Shown: piece after piece, positions 12,661 through 25,621 of the stretch
Layout: each line of letters opens with the position of its first letter
Numbering within the stretch: the first letter of the stretch is position 1
Origin: Octopus sinensis
Lineage: Eukaryota
Assembly: GCF_006345805.1 (NCBI RefSeq)
Contig: NC_042997.1
Span: 174,964,001-175,028,000 of the forward strand
Reading direction: 5' to 3'
Length of the DNA stretch: 64,000 nucleotides
Position numbers and translations under genes: made by a program
Notes under the pieces: model-generated
What the model was told of the DNA's origin: nothing
What the model saw: the letters and a program-made list of their open reading frames with translations, nothing else
The model's database searches: none

Positions 12661-14437
12661 TAAAAAATACATATATGTATGTGTGCATGTATGTATACAC
12701 ACACACACACACACACACACAAGCACACACATACACATATACACACAGAGGTACGTGTCGCCTGTTGAGGGTGTCTCATATTTGAATACCCCAAAACATT
12801 CAATGCTCCTAAGTACCGCTAGTAATGTACATCGACATTTTCTTCCCTGGGGTAGTGAGATCTGTTTGTGTGGTTACCCAAGACAAAACAGTAGTAACTG
12901 GAGAAACACCAGTATGATGTAACATCCCCTCATGACTATCAACGTATAGTAAGCAATTTTTTCGTAAGTTTATATTAACATTCCCAGTCGATCTGGCTGT
13001 AGGAATACTATATTTTATTGAAATATAATTCATTTAAGATTGAATTATCCAATCTATGCTTCCTTTTTAGAGACAGTAAGCTGTGATCTGCGGGAAAGTA
13101 CTTCTTTTCTTAGTGGGTAGAACAAATACCGTATACGATACCCTTGCCCTTCGAGATGTGGAGCAGCTGTTCCGTCTGTGAATTATTGCCCCTTATTTTC
13201 TTCCAGTATTGTATTATACATCGAAACATCGTTGGATGATTACTGTAGCATATCAAGAGGGTTTTTTTTTTATATGTAAAATGTTTGCAAGCCTCTCATT
13301 CAATCCTTCTCCAAGATGCAGCATGACCGATTCCCAGACAAATGGAAAAGAAAATATAACTAACATCAGTATTTGAATGGCGCTTTATATATCAGCCTCA
13401 GAAATATCAAAGATAGGATTTAAACTTAGAGCGCAACTCTCCAACGGCTCTTCGATGATTCTGCTAATTTTCCACATAAATTATCGCCGGAACGTATTTA
13501 GAATAAATAAGTCATCGTTTTGATTATCGCTATTCCCCGTGCATGGGAAGATTGATTATCGCTTGGCAGATATCAGTACGTATCAACAAACAATTTGTTC
13601 GCTGAAGTTAACAAACACGAGCCTTAAATTCTTGTTAGATTCATTAGTACGGGTTGACTTCAGCTGAGGAGGCACAACGATATCAAAACATCGGGTGTCC
13701 TAGGGTCCCTAGCGCTAATGACTCAAATATTATGAATACGCATTCGTCGAGAAGGAGAAGTTGTTCTCCAGTGACGACGGACGTGGGTTGGTTGGTTATT
13801 TCAGCTACCACCTGCTAAGCAAGATCCGTCTAGACTCTAGAGAGAGAAAGTGCCTGTCTCAAAGAGTATTTGCGAAAAGATGGATGTTAGTAGTAAAAAT
13901 ACTGCTGGCAAATGGGACCGAGCTAGAGTAGCCGGTCAGAAGCGACGAAAGAGGGAAAAGAAAAACAAGGAACTGGCGGGTTAATTAAATCACCGAGAAC
14001 ATTAATTCCAGTGGAATTTGCATACTAATAAATTTTTAATTTCATAATCACCCGATTTCAAATCCGATTTCATAATTTTATTTTTATGATTGTAATACCG
14101 TATTTGTGTATGTAAGAGTCCATGTATGTTTCCCTCTATGTAATCCCTCTATGTGGGAAATAAAAGAAACGTTCTCCAGTGACGAAATGCACCAGCGATT
14201 CGCATATTCACGCTCGAATCTGCCGGAACTTATTAAGAATGAATATGCAAGTCACCGTGTAGATATATCAATGTGAAGTTTTTTTCTGCTGCTATTGCTT
14301 TTTTTGGTTGATGGTCGTTCCTGCTTCTGCTCTTATGCTACTCTGCTGCTGCTGCTGCTAGTGATGAAGAACAGGAGGACAACAATGATAGCGATGATAA
14401 AATTTATGCTATGATCAAAGTAGTTGTTGCAGCCGTT

Positions 14438-14828
14438 GCTGGCAGAATTGTTAGCGCGCCGGGCGAAATGCTTAGCGGTATTCCGCCGATCGCTACGTTC
14501 TGAGTTCAAATTCTGCCGACGTCGACTTTGCCTTCCATCTTTTCGGGGTCGATTAAATAAGTACCAGTTACGCACTGGGGTCGACATAATCGACTTAATC
14601 CGTTTGTCTGTCCTTGTTTGTCCCTTCTGCGTTTAACCCCTTGTGGATAGTAAAGAAATAGGTATTCCGCCGATCGCTACGTTCAGAGTTCAAATTCCGC
14701 CGAGGTCGACTTTGCCTTTCATCCTTTCTGTGTCGATAAGTTAAGTGCCAGTTATATACTGGGGTCGATCTAATCGACTGCCCCCCCTCCCCCAAAATTT
14801 CAGGCCTTGTGCCTAGAGTAGAAAAGAT
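14438..14828 (+). mobile_element. Family A SINE dimer
   Basis: Head followed by two GAGTTCAAATTC...GTCGACTTTGCC bodies. Confidence 0.85.
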
Positions 14829-15161
14829 TATCTAGTAAGCTTCTATACTAGGGTCTGCATTGTCCAATCCAATGTATCTATTTCATATTATTTAAGACGG
14901 GTAGGTATTTGAGGGAAGTTTGCCTGCTGTTTCTATTAGTTCGAATGAAAGAACGACTACACAGATAGTTGCATCTTTGATGCCTTGTATATATTGTGCA
15001 GTGAATAATGACAGTGTGTTACAAGCATAGGAGAAATTTCAGAACTGGAAACTTCAAAATTAATAAACTTTAACGAGAAGGACAGGGGACGGGGAGAGAA
15101 ACAGAGAGAGAAGGGGAGACAGTAAGAGAGGGTGAGAGAATCTGTGTGTGTGTGTGTGTGT

Positions 15162-15195
<34 letters not shown>

Positions 15196-15241
15196 TGTGT
15201 GTCTGTGTCTGTGTGTGTGTGTGTGTGCGTGCGTGCGTGCG

Positions 15242-15307
<66 letters not shown>

Positions 15308-16489
15308 TGTGTGATATGAATTTGTTTGGTAGCTTGCCCAATAGCGAGAGGAAATCTTCAGCTGAAAATTGATTCAATAATTTACCAGTGGATTCCTGAG
15401 GCGATAAATATAAGGTGTTTAATCACAGAAAGTAATTATCTCTATTTAATTATTAAAATCTTTCCAAGTCCACTTAACTTTCGATAGGTGCATCGTGTCA
15501 TTTAGGAAGAAATCCAAAGAAGAGTTTGTAGATTTGAAGAGTATCATCAATAAGTTGAGTAACAGTGAAGAGTTGTTGATTTTTTTTTTATTTCCCCACA
15601 GGGGGGTCAACAAAGAAGGGGGACAGCACAATCTGATTTGGGGTCAGATACACGAATGAAATAAACAAAAACATGAATTTTAAAATTTTCAAAGTATAAT
15701 GAAATCGAATGAAAGGACAGACCGGAGGGTATTACGGATAGAGTGGGGGCGGGTTTAATTGGGACCCCACGGGCCCTGCCTCGCCACTGATACCTGGGAT
15801 ACGTCCTGGTCTCATACATGAGGTTACATTCATACGTAACATTCGTGCAACATTTTTCCATCGATTTTCGAACATTTTCACAGTCAGGCATCTTCTCTCT
15901 AGCACTTTTAAAGTGAAAGGTGAAGTAATTCACCAATGCAGGACCAGAGATGAAGATGCCTGACTTTAAACCTTTCAATCTTGTCTTCCAAATCACCTCT
16001 CTCGCATTTGCTACTACGACGAGAAAACTAATAACAGTAAAGAGTGGCAGAAAAAATTATCTCTGCACCCTTTTTCCTCCCGGCCCGAACACAATCAATT
16101 TCTTCCGAAATGAAAAACATTCTTTTCTACTCTAGACACAAGGTCTGAAAGTCTTTGGTGGAAAGGGAGGCCAGTCGATTAGATCGACCCCAGTACGCAA
16201 CTGATACTTAAATTATCGATCCTTTATTTATCGAGGCAAAGTGTTTTTAAATATCTGCTGTCACATGTAGGACAGATCCAGCTATCGCCCGCTGCCTCCT
16301 TTGGGCCGAGAAGGACAGATAATGTTTATTTGTCTGGTAGCCTTAACGAAAGAGGTTGAGCGGTGGATCAGATTGAAAGGGCTAAAGACAGACTTTACTC
16401 TTTGACCAAGCCCTCATCAACTTTTTCAGGTTTCACTTGAAGAAATAAAGTGAGGGTAGAGAGGTCAGTGCTGCGTTCAAGCAATTTTG

Positions 16490-16790
16490 TTAAGGTATTC
16501 GGTTCGCAGAAGTAAGGTCGTGCGTTCGATTCCTGACGTCGCGTTGCGTCCTTGAGCAAGACACATTTGCCAGTCCACTCTGCTAGCAAAAACGAGCTGT
16601 ACCTGTATTTCAAATGACCAGCCTTGTCTCATACTGTGTCACACTGAATCTCCTTTAGAACTACGCTAAGAATACGCGTGTCTGTGGAGTGCTCAGCCAC
16701 TTGCACGTTAACTTTAGAAGACCCTATTCCGTTAATTGGATCAACAAGAATCCTTGTCGTCGTAATCGACAGAGTTCCAGACAGAGGAAA
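16490..16790 (+). mobile_element. Degenerate tRNA-derived SINE (tail shared with 35211-35450)
   Basis: B-box GTTCGATTCC, CCTTGAGCAAGACAC core, and CTGTACCTGTATTTCAAA...GTGCTCAGCCACTTGCACGTTAA body. Confidence 0.7.
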
Positions 16791-17222
16791 AGATTGTCAT
16801 TTAGCCCTAGTTCGTCCCTGATTAAGTAGATATATAATCAAAGACATTCCAGCTATGGCCATCTCGTCATGTTTTCTATTTTTTCTTTTTTTTTCAATTT
16901 TGTTGTATCTAGGATTACGTTATTCAATATGTTCTTCCTTTATATTTTTTAAGACGGTAGGTTGTGATGATATGAAGGAAGGATATTTGGCAGTCATTTC
17001 TAGCAAATCGAATAAGAGGTCTCCACGTGACACTCGTCATTGTTGTTCGTTTATTGAGTGGTCCCATTCAGTTGTACTCGAGCAACTCTTCTTTCTTGGG
17101 TTCTTTCTTCCTAATAGTAATAGGGCCACTTTTGTTCTACGCCAATTCTTGTACATTTTAAGCCAAGGCGGCGCCTTTCTTTCTCCCGGCCCGAACACAA
17201 TCAATTTCTTCCAAAATGAAAA

Positions 17223-17811
17223 ATATTCTTTCTACTCTAGACACAAGGTCTGAAAGCTTTTGGTGGAAATGGAGGCCAGTCGATTAGATCGACCCCAGTA
17301 CGCAACTGGTACTTAATTTATCGATCATTTATTTATCGAAGCAAAGTCGACCTCGGCGAAATTTGAACTCAGGACATAAAGACAGACGGAATACCTATTT
17401 CTATTTCTTTACAACCCGTAAGGGGCTAAACACAGAGAGGACAAACAAGGACAGACAAACTGATTAAGTCGATTATATCGACTCCAGTGCGTAATTGGTA
17501 CTTATTTAATCGACCCCGAAAGGATGAAAGACTAAGTCGACCTCGGCGGAATTTGAATGTAACGGCAGACGAAATACCTATTTTTTTACTACCCACAAGG
17601 GGCTAAACACAGAGAGGACAAAAACAAGGACAGACAAACTGATTAAGTCGATTATATCGACCCCAGTGCGTAAATGGTACTTATTTAATCGACCCCGTAA
17701 GGATGAAAAGCAAAGTCGACCTCGGAGGAATTTGAACTCAGAACGTAGCGGCAGACGAAATTCCGCTAAGCATTCCGCCCGGCGTGCTAACGTTTCTGCC
17801 AGCTCGCCGCC
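17223..17811 (-). mobile_element. Cluster of three family A SINE bodies
   Basis: Three GTCGACCTCGG bodies ending in a full head at about 17811. Confidence 0.85.
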
Positions 17812-17869
17812 CTCAACATGAAAATTATTGAGACTGTGTAAGCCCATCGTGAGTGTGTGTGTGGTGTGT

Positions 17870-17927
<58 letters not shown>

Positions 17928-18399
17928 ACTACCATCACCATCACCACCTTCTGACAACCGGTGTTGGTTTGTTTATGTCCTCGTAACTTAGCGTTTCGGC
18001 AAAAGAGACCGATAGAATAAGTACCGGACTTCAAAAAAAATAATAACTACAGGGGTTGATTTGTTCGATTGAAACCCTTCAAGGTGGTGCTCCAGTATGG
18101 CCGCAGCCCAATGACTGAAACGAGTAAAAGATAAAAGAAATAAATTGAATTATCATAACTTAATAATCCATCAATGGGATTTATCTCTAATTTCATAAAG
18201 AGAGAGAATTGGGAGTTATGACTTTCACACTTTCGTGACCTTTCGTAGAGCATCTACGATATAAGTGAAATGAAAAAGAAAATAGATATTTAATTCCTAT
18301 CTGGAATCGAACTTGAAACATCAATTTACATTGAATTTATTATATGTACTTCAGCGTCCATGAAATTTCCAGAACGAAAATCCAGTATAAATGACTGCG

Positions 18400-19890
18400 G
18401 GGATGCGGAAATGCGGCGAGCTATCAGAGTCGTTAGCACGCCTATTGGTGTCGGTCATCTTTTTTACGAAAGGTCAGTGAAAATTGTGTTTTATTTTGTT
18501 GTTGTATTGCATTGTTGAACACTTGTATTGCTGGTTTAAGGCTGAATTGTTTTGCACTGTTCCCATTTTGTAGGGGGCTGCATAGCTTCAAGGATGTCCT
18601 ATACCGATAGCATGAGCTCGTCTAAGTATTCCTCCTCAGAAGAGGAACTCCTTAGAGCTATTGACAATGTTGATAAGATGAACATTGCAAAGGCTGCTAA
18701 AAGCCACCAGAAAAATATTAATTTGAAACAAAATGAAAGGGTTAATGAACTATTGAAAAATGTGTCCCCGCCCCGAAACGTCACGTTAAGTCAAAAGGAG
18801 AAATTGATTTTGTTTCGAACGCTTTCGGCGGAGAATAAAAAAAATATAAATAATGGCTCAAAGCCAAATTGAAGAGGCATTAAAACCCATATGGGGCGAA
18901 ATAAAGCACATTAATAGAGGCAGGAAGTACGGCACGGTGGAGGTGCGGCTCAGGGATGCAAGAACCACCGGACTGCACTGTAACGCCACTGAAAACGAAA
19001 GAGGTAGTGCTCCTACTCATCTACCTGGGAAGACGTACTTCCAGAGTGAAGGTGGAGGACATAGCCCCAGAGATAAATGCAGCCTGGTTGGTAGACGCGA
19101 TTCTGTTAGACTTGGAAGAGAAAGTGGTGGTCCTCCAAGCCACGTAAACGAACCATAAGAACTAGCAGGGGCAAGGGCTTGAGTTATTATTGCAAGCCAC
19201 CCCAGAAGAAAAAAATTATAGAAACAATCACTGTGGAAGATGTAGTGTTGAGGGTTAAAGTGGAGGGCAGAATCCCTAGGTGTTACCAATGTAGCCAAAA
19301 GGGTCACATTAGGTCTGATTGCCCTTCACTACTTGCTAACACCAAAGACAAAAAGAAACCGCACCTCCGCCTCCACCAGAAACCATCACAGAGACAACAT
19401 CAAAGGACGAAGAAGGGTGGGGAAAAATAGAAAAGAAAAAGAAAAAAAAGGAAGACACAAACTGGCAGTGATGAGTCCCACCCCACGCCCACCCAAGCCC
19501 AATCAAGCCCACTTTGCCTCACCCTTACCCTACCCCGGCTGATATGGAAAAAACTTGCATGCACTCACAGGTGTCCCAAAACTCCCAACCCTCTCCCCGT
19601 AAAATAAAAAAAGAAAACAGTGTAATAAAATTTTTAATTTTTTATGAACTGATGACCGAAATCAAGAGTTTGGAAAGCGCGAAATTGGTAAATGCTTGGA
19701 ACCAAATCTCCACGCATCTGGGATATGCGATAATCGATTCAACAGATAAATAGAAATTGGAGAATTACGAGAAAGTGAAATACTTCGAAATCAAAATGGA
19801 AAACAAAAAAAAGAAATACCATACATGATAAGTGCCGAAAATTTAAATCCAGACTTTAATATTAACGTTGCAGACTTTTTAAAAAAGTAA
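18400..19890 (+). mobile_element. Tx1/L1-type LINE ORF1 (gag-like, CCHC zinc knuckle), frameshifted
   Basis: Four adjacent ORFs: IEEALKPIWGEIKHINRGRKYGTVEVRL, YLGRRTSRVKVEDI and VKVEGRIPRCYQCSQKGHIRSDCP (CX2CX4HX4C), followed by a Lys/Pro-rich tail. Confidence 0.8.
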
Positions 19891-20558
19891 TGAAAAGTGA
19901 AATGATGACGCCTGGATGTGGTGCCGAGCGTCATCATTACATCTTTCATTTTTCCATTTCATCCTTTCATCCGTTGTCAGCTACCGACTTTGCCTTTCAT
20001 CCTTTCGGGGTCGATAAATTAAGTACCAGTTGCGCACTGGGGGCAATCTAATCGACTGGCCCCCTCCCCAAAAATTTCGGGTCTTGTGCCTAGAGTAGAA
20101 AAGAATATTAAATATCCATAAGAAAAAAAATGGCATCGATCTAATCGACTGGCCACCTCCCCAAAAATTTTGGGCCTTGTGCCTAGAGAAGAAGGCAAAA
20201 ACTTTAGCACGCTGGGCAAAATGCTTAGCTGCACATCGTCCGACTTTACGTTCTGCGGTCAACTTCTGCCCAGGTCGACTTTACCTTTCACCCTATAGAA
20301 TTCGATAAAATAAGTACCAGCTGAGCACTGGGATTGATGTAATCAACTTACGCCCTCCGCCGAAATTGCTAACCTTGTGCCAAAATTCGAAACCACTATA
20401 GATGATGATGGCGTCTTATTTGGCACAAAGCCACCAATATTGAGAGGAGAGTGTTAATCGATGCCATAGAGCCCTGTATTTGACTGGTACTTTACTTTAT
20501 CGACCCTGAAAAGTTGAAAGGCAAAGCTGAACTTGGTGGGATTCGAGGTCAGAATGTA

Positions 20559-21124
20559 TTGGGTTGTCCGGAAAGTTCGTGCCGAGTTATAGTAGCTTAC
20601 CTTTCGACTTATTTTAGAACATGGTTGAGTTCATAAAATAGGATTTGACTACACCTCCACTTAGAGCACAGTTTAAGCTATCTTTTCGTGAAGAATGTTT
20701 TAATTTCCTATTACCTGTGTTAATTCTGTAACCTTTTAAAATGGGAGATAAGAAAGTTCATTTTCAGCACTTGATGCTTTGGGAACCAGACAAAACTTGC
20801 TGCAGCTCGGCTGGGATGTGTTTCCCTATCCTCCATATTCACCAGATATTGCTCCTCCGGATTTCCACTTATTCAGGTCTCTGCAGAATAGTCTAAATGG
20901 TAAAAATTTCAATTCCTTGGAAGACGTAAAAAGACACCTTGATGAATTCTTTGCCATGAAACCACCTCAATTCTGGGAGGAGTGTATTTTCAAGTTAAAG
21001 AAAAGATAGAGACGCATTGTGCAACAAAATGGTTTATATTTGGTTGATTGAAAATGTAACGACAAGTATTTATTGACCTTTTTCTTTCCTTTAAAAATCG
21101 GCACGAACTTTCCGGACAACCCAA
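20559..21124 (+). mobile_element. Internally deleted mariner (566 bp) with 27-bp TIRs and TA target duplication
   Basis: TTGGGTTGTCCGGAAAGTTCGTGCCGA at both ends, flanked by TA; retains the transposase C-terminus PYPPYSPDIAPPDFHLFRSLQNSLNGK. Confidence 0.95.
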
Positions 21125-21959
21125 TAAAAATCCGGACGAAATGCCGAAAAATATTTTTTTTCTACCAGTATAAATACTGCTTTCAAATTTTGGCACAAAG
21201 CCAGTAATGTTTTTTTTGTTTTATTTTGGTGGGGACAGGTAAGTCGATTACATCAACCCAAGTATTCAACTGGTATTTATTTTATCGACCACGAAAGGAT
21301 GAAAGGCAAAGTCGACCTCGGTGGAATTTGAACTCAGAACTTATAGAAGGACGGAATGCCGCTAAGTATTTTGTCTAGCGAGCTGACGATTCTGCCAGCT
21401 CGCCGCCTTGACCAGTATAAATAACGCCTTCAAATTTTGACACAAAACCAGTCATTTCGTGGGGACGCGTAGTGGGGGTGTTAGTCGATTATATAGAACC
21501 CAGTACTTGGTAAGTATTTTATTTTATCATTCCCAAATGGATGAATAACAAAGTCGACCTTGGCGGGATTCGAACTCAGAACGTAAAGAACCGGAAGAAA
21601 TACTGCAAAACATTTTGTTCGACGTGCTAAAGAAATTTGTCAGCTCACAGCGATTATAAGTGTTACGGCCAACTATTTTAGGGAGTGGGTTAGTCGATTA
21701 CATCAACCCCACAATTTGACTGGTACTTTTATATTTCGACCTTGAAAGGATGAAAGCAAAGGTGACTTCAGCGGGATTTGAACTCAGAATGTAAAGATCC
21801 GGAAAAAATACCCTAGAGTATTTTTCTGATCAGTATAAATTATAATAATAATCTTTTTTTATTAAAAGCACAAGGCCTGATATCTTAGGGGTGATTACAT
21901 CGACCCCAGTGTTTCACTGGTACTTAATTATCAACCAAGAAAGGATGAAAGGCAAAGTT

Positions 21960-22660
21960 GACCTCAGCGGAATTTGAACCGAGAACGTAAAGCCAGAAAA
22001 AATGCCGCTAAGCATTTTGTCCGACGCGCTAACTATTCTGCCAGCTCGCCGCCGTCTTCACAAAGTATATTAATCAGAGCTGACCTCAGCGGAATTTGAA
22101 CTGAGAGCGCAAAGCCAGAAGAAACGCCGCTAAGCATTTTGTCCGACGCGCTAACTATTCTGCCAGCTCGCCGCCGTCTTCACAAAGTATATTAATCAGA
22201 GCTGACCTCAGCGGAATTTGAACTGAGAGCGCAAAGCCAGAAGAAACGCCGCTAAGCATTTTGTCCGACGCGCTAACTATTCTGCCAGCTCGCCGCCGTC
22301 TTCACAAAGTATATTAATCAGAGCTGACCTCAGCGGAATTTGAACTGAGAGCGCAAAGCCAGAAGAAACGCCGCTAAGCATTTTGTCCGACGCGCTAACT
22401 ATTCTGCCAGCTCGCCGCCGTCTTCACAAAGTATATTAATCAGAGCTGACCTCAGCGGAATTTGAACTGAGAGCGCAAAGCCAGAAGAAACGCCGCTAAG
22501 CATTTTGTCCGACGCGCTAACTATTCTGCCAGCTCGCCGCCGTCTTCACAAAGTGTATTAATCAGCGCTGACCTCAGCGGAATTTGAAATCAGAATATAA
22601 ACAGTCGAAAGAAAGAAAATTTCCCCGACATTTTAACGATTCTGCTAGTTCGCCGCCTTA
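21960..22660 (-). repeat. 122-bp tandem repeat (5 full units plus a partial) built from SINE heads
   Basis: GACCTCAGCGG recurs at 21960, 22082, 22204, 22326, 22448 and 22570. Confidence 0.95.
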
Positions 22661-23983
22661 TAAATAATAGTGATAATAGCCAAAGAACACTTTCAGTGTT
22701 GAGAATCAATTGGTGCATACATATATGCATTCAATGAAAGTGGTTCAAAACTTCGAGAACACACGCACAAGCCAATATCAGATATTTATTAAGTGTTAAA
22801 GACAGTCAATGACCTCAGGCTGGCACAGCTGCAAACAGGCATAGCTGCAAGCATACAGAGCTCCATACAATAATCCAGAATTAATAAACAACTCAAACAG
22901 TGGCTGGCTGTGAATCATCAGAATATTAATAAATTCATTGTTTGAAAAGAAAATCTTACTTGTGCTGTCGTCTGAATGTGAACAGCTAACAGCCAACAGA
23001 GAAAATGGTGGACAGTGCAGAGAAACACTCGACATATTTGTGTATGCAAATATAGCGTTGGCCTGAATATTGAATTGGTTAATTCCGTTAAACTATCATG
23101 ATATATGTAATCCAAGTTAATGACAATGTAGAGGCAGAGATCGAGCTTTTCGTTATATGCAAAAATGGCAAGGATAGTTTTCGCTTATACGAGTAATATA
23201 CATATATACAAGTATATGTACATATGTGTTTATATGCGTGTTTGTATGTATGGATAAGTATGTCTAGGTATAAATGCAAATGGAAAGAGATTATGTGTGT
23301 GTGTGTGTATGTGTGTGTGTGTAAAGTTTGTGTGTATAAAGTAGAATTACATATAAGAGCAACAGTTTCCGACAATTGTCTTGCTTGAGTTTCGGTGTAA
23401 GCAACTGTTGAAAACCCATACCCAAGTCTGCTATTGTTACACACGCACACATACATACATACATACATACATACATACATACATACATACAGACGTAAGT
23501 ACGTACACACACACACACACACATACACACGCACACACATACACACACACGCATATATATATATATACACCTGTATACGCATACATATATACATAAATAT
23601 CTGCATTTATATATATACATATATTTGCATATATATTTATATGCAAATATATACACACACGTATACCCTCACACATACACGCACACATATAAGTCAAAGT
23701 AATGCAAATAAAAATTGCATTACTTTCTGACTAACCCTCGTGTGTGTGTATGTGTGTGTGTGTGTGTGCGCGCGCGCGTATGTGTGTATAACAGTCGGTA
23801 TAGTGTAGGTTGGCTGGTTGATTGGTTTGTTGGTTGGTTGATTCGTTCGTTGGTTCATTCGTTTGTTGATTTCTCCAGTTACACTTTACATCGTACAGAG
23901 AGTCCAAATGAGAGATACAGAGAGCATTAACAGAGGAGGTACTGGATGAGTGCTCATACTAAGCTTGGCAGCAAGCAATGAGT

Positions 23984-24323
23984 TCGGAGACCCCCTTCGG
24001 TCACGACACAGACCATGGGATTGCACCTAGAAAGTTACCCTCCTAGACACAAGTCCGGGCGAGGTTGTTTATGGAAGACCAGCAGTCGCCCATGCATACC
24101 AGCCTCCCCTCTCCACGCCACCAGTGTTATCCAAGGGAAAGACAAAGGTCGATACAGCTTGGCATCAGTGACGTCGCAACTCATTTCTACAGCTGAGTGA
24201 ACTGGAGCAACGTGAAATAAAGTGCCTTGCTCAAGAACACAACACGCAGCCCGGTCCGGGATTCGAGCTCACAACCTCACGATCGTAAGCTCGACGCTCT
24301 AACCACTGAGCCATGCGCCTTCA
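23984..24323 (-). mobile_element. tRNA-derived SINE, family C, with 12-bp target-site duplication
   Basis: Head GTGAAGGCGCATGGCTCAGTGGTTAGAGC; flanked by CAAGCAATGAGT (23972-23983 and 24324-24335); a plus-strand copy lies at 52263-52598. Confidence 0.9.
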
Positions 24324-24734
24324 CAAGCAATGAGTAAAGGAACGCTATATACACAGAGTATGCGAGAAAGAACCATAGAAACAGGGAAGTTTAAGAGGAA
24401 GCAAATAACAGATTAGCTACAGAGTTGTTCAAATGAGGAATTTACTTATTTAGATATATTTTGGATAGTCGATATTTTCTTTTGAAAATTAGATTTGCTT
24501 TCATCATTATGTGCATCTTTAATCTCTTATCCGTTACTTGTTTCAGTCATTAGTCTGCGGCCATGCTGGAACAACACCTTGAAGAATTTTTAGTAAAAGG
24601 AATCGACACTAGTACCTTTTTTTAAGCCTGGTTCTCATTCTATCGGTCTCTTTTGTTCAACCGCTAGATTACGGGGACGTAATTAAAACCAACACCGGCT
24701 GTCAAGCAGTGATGGAGACATACACATTGATATT

Positions 24735-24791
<57 letters not shown>

Positions 24792-24796
24792 TATAT

Positions 24797-24980
24797 GATA
24801 GATCGTTAGCCACTACACACATTTTTTTCTCTCCTTGTTTCTCTCCTAATTTTTTCTGTAGAAGAGCGTAGGCTCGAAACGTAAAAGACTTTTTCTATTC
24901 CCGAGCGTTATACTAATACATCTGTTTGTTTTGTACACCACCTGTCTTCGTCTTTTGGGGGGTTTTTTGTAAACTCTCCC
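24797..24980 (+). mobile_element. TA-embedded element with variant hammerhead motif (copy 2, best preserved)
   Basis: CTGTAGA 24856-62, A, GAGC(GTAG)GCTC, GAAA 24876-79, ACGT, site A24883, AAAG. Confidence 0.75.
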
Positions 24981-25092
24981 TGTGTGTTACTATATGCAAA
25001 ATTTTATAACATTCTTCTAACATAACGACTTAAATATATTCTTTAACCTTATAAAACAAGCCTTCTGTAGTTTTTTCACTCTTTTCTATTTG

Positions 25093-25145
<53 letters not shown>

Positions 25146-25378
25146 TACTCTTTATCTTTTATTAAACTTTTAATACTTTTGATATATATTTAAAATAATA
25201 TAAATTAAATTAATTTTATGTATTGGCTTATGTTTTTCATTGTTTGATTTGCCTAATAGTGGTTTTATCTCTAATTTATTATAATATATAATATATTTAT
25301 ACTATAAAATTGGATTTAATCCTAAATCTGATTTTTCGCTGTAAGTTTGGATTTATTCCCTAATATTTTATTATTAAC

Positions 25379-25454
<76 letters not shown>

Positions 25455-25521
25455 GTATAACATTGTTTAGAAAATGGAGAGATTTAATGGGTATAAATTA
25501 ATTTATTAACATTTTAAATAA

Positions 25522-25621
25522 GGCCTACAATTGTTTTAATTTACACTCAATACAAATTACAAACCTATAGAATAAAATAAGTTTGCACTTTGAAGATTGA
25601 GAGTAAAATATCATCAGGGCC
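25522..25621 (-). ncRNA. Hammerhead motif in the 5' inverted pseudo-LTR, G12 mutated
   Basis: Mirror of 29738-29837 but reads AAAAC instead of GAAAC. Confidence 0.6.

Larger units (their letters stand above)
19983..22660. mobile_element. Dense cluster of family A SINEs, mostly on the minus strand
   Basis: Repeated GAAAGGATGAAAGGCAAAGTCGACC / GGAATTTGAACTCAGAA modules about every 200-250 bp. Confidence 0.85.

Noticed and set aside
13000-13600. Possible minus-strand retroelement remnant
   Set aside because: I could not recover a convincing RT motif by eye; tBLASTn against a TE protein library would decide.
13660-13700. CTGAGGA...AAAAC motif
   Set aside because: G12 is missing and there are no supporting stems.
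15488-15658. Short open frame with an acceptor-like site at 15601
   Set aside because: No recognisable domain or partner exons; the implied 43-nt intron is very short.
21960-22660. CRISPR-like regular repeat
   Set aside because: The units are identical throughout with no unique spacers, the DNA is eukaryotic, and the unit is a SINE head.
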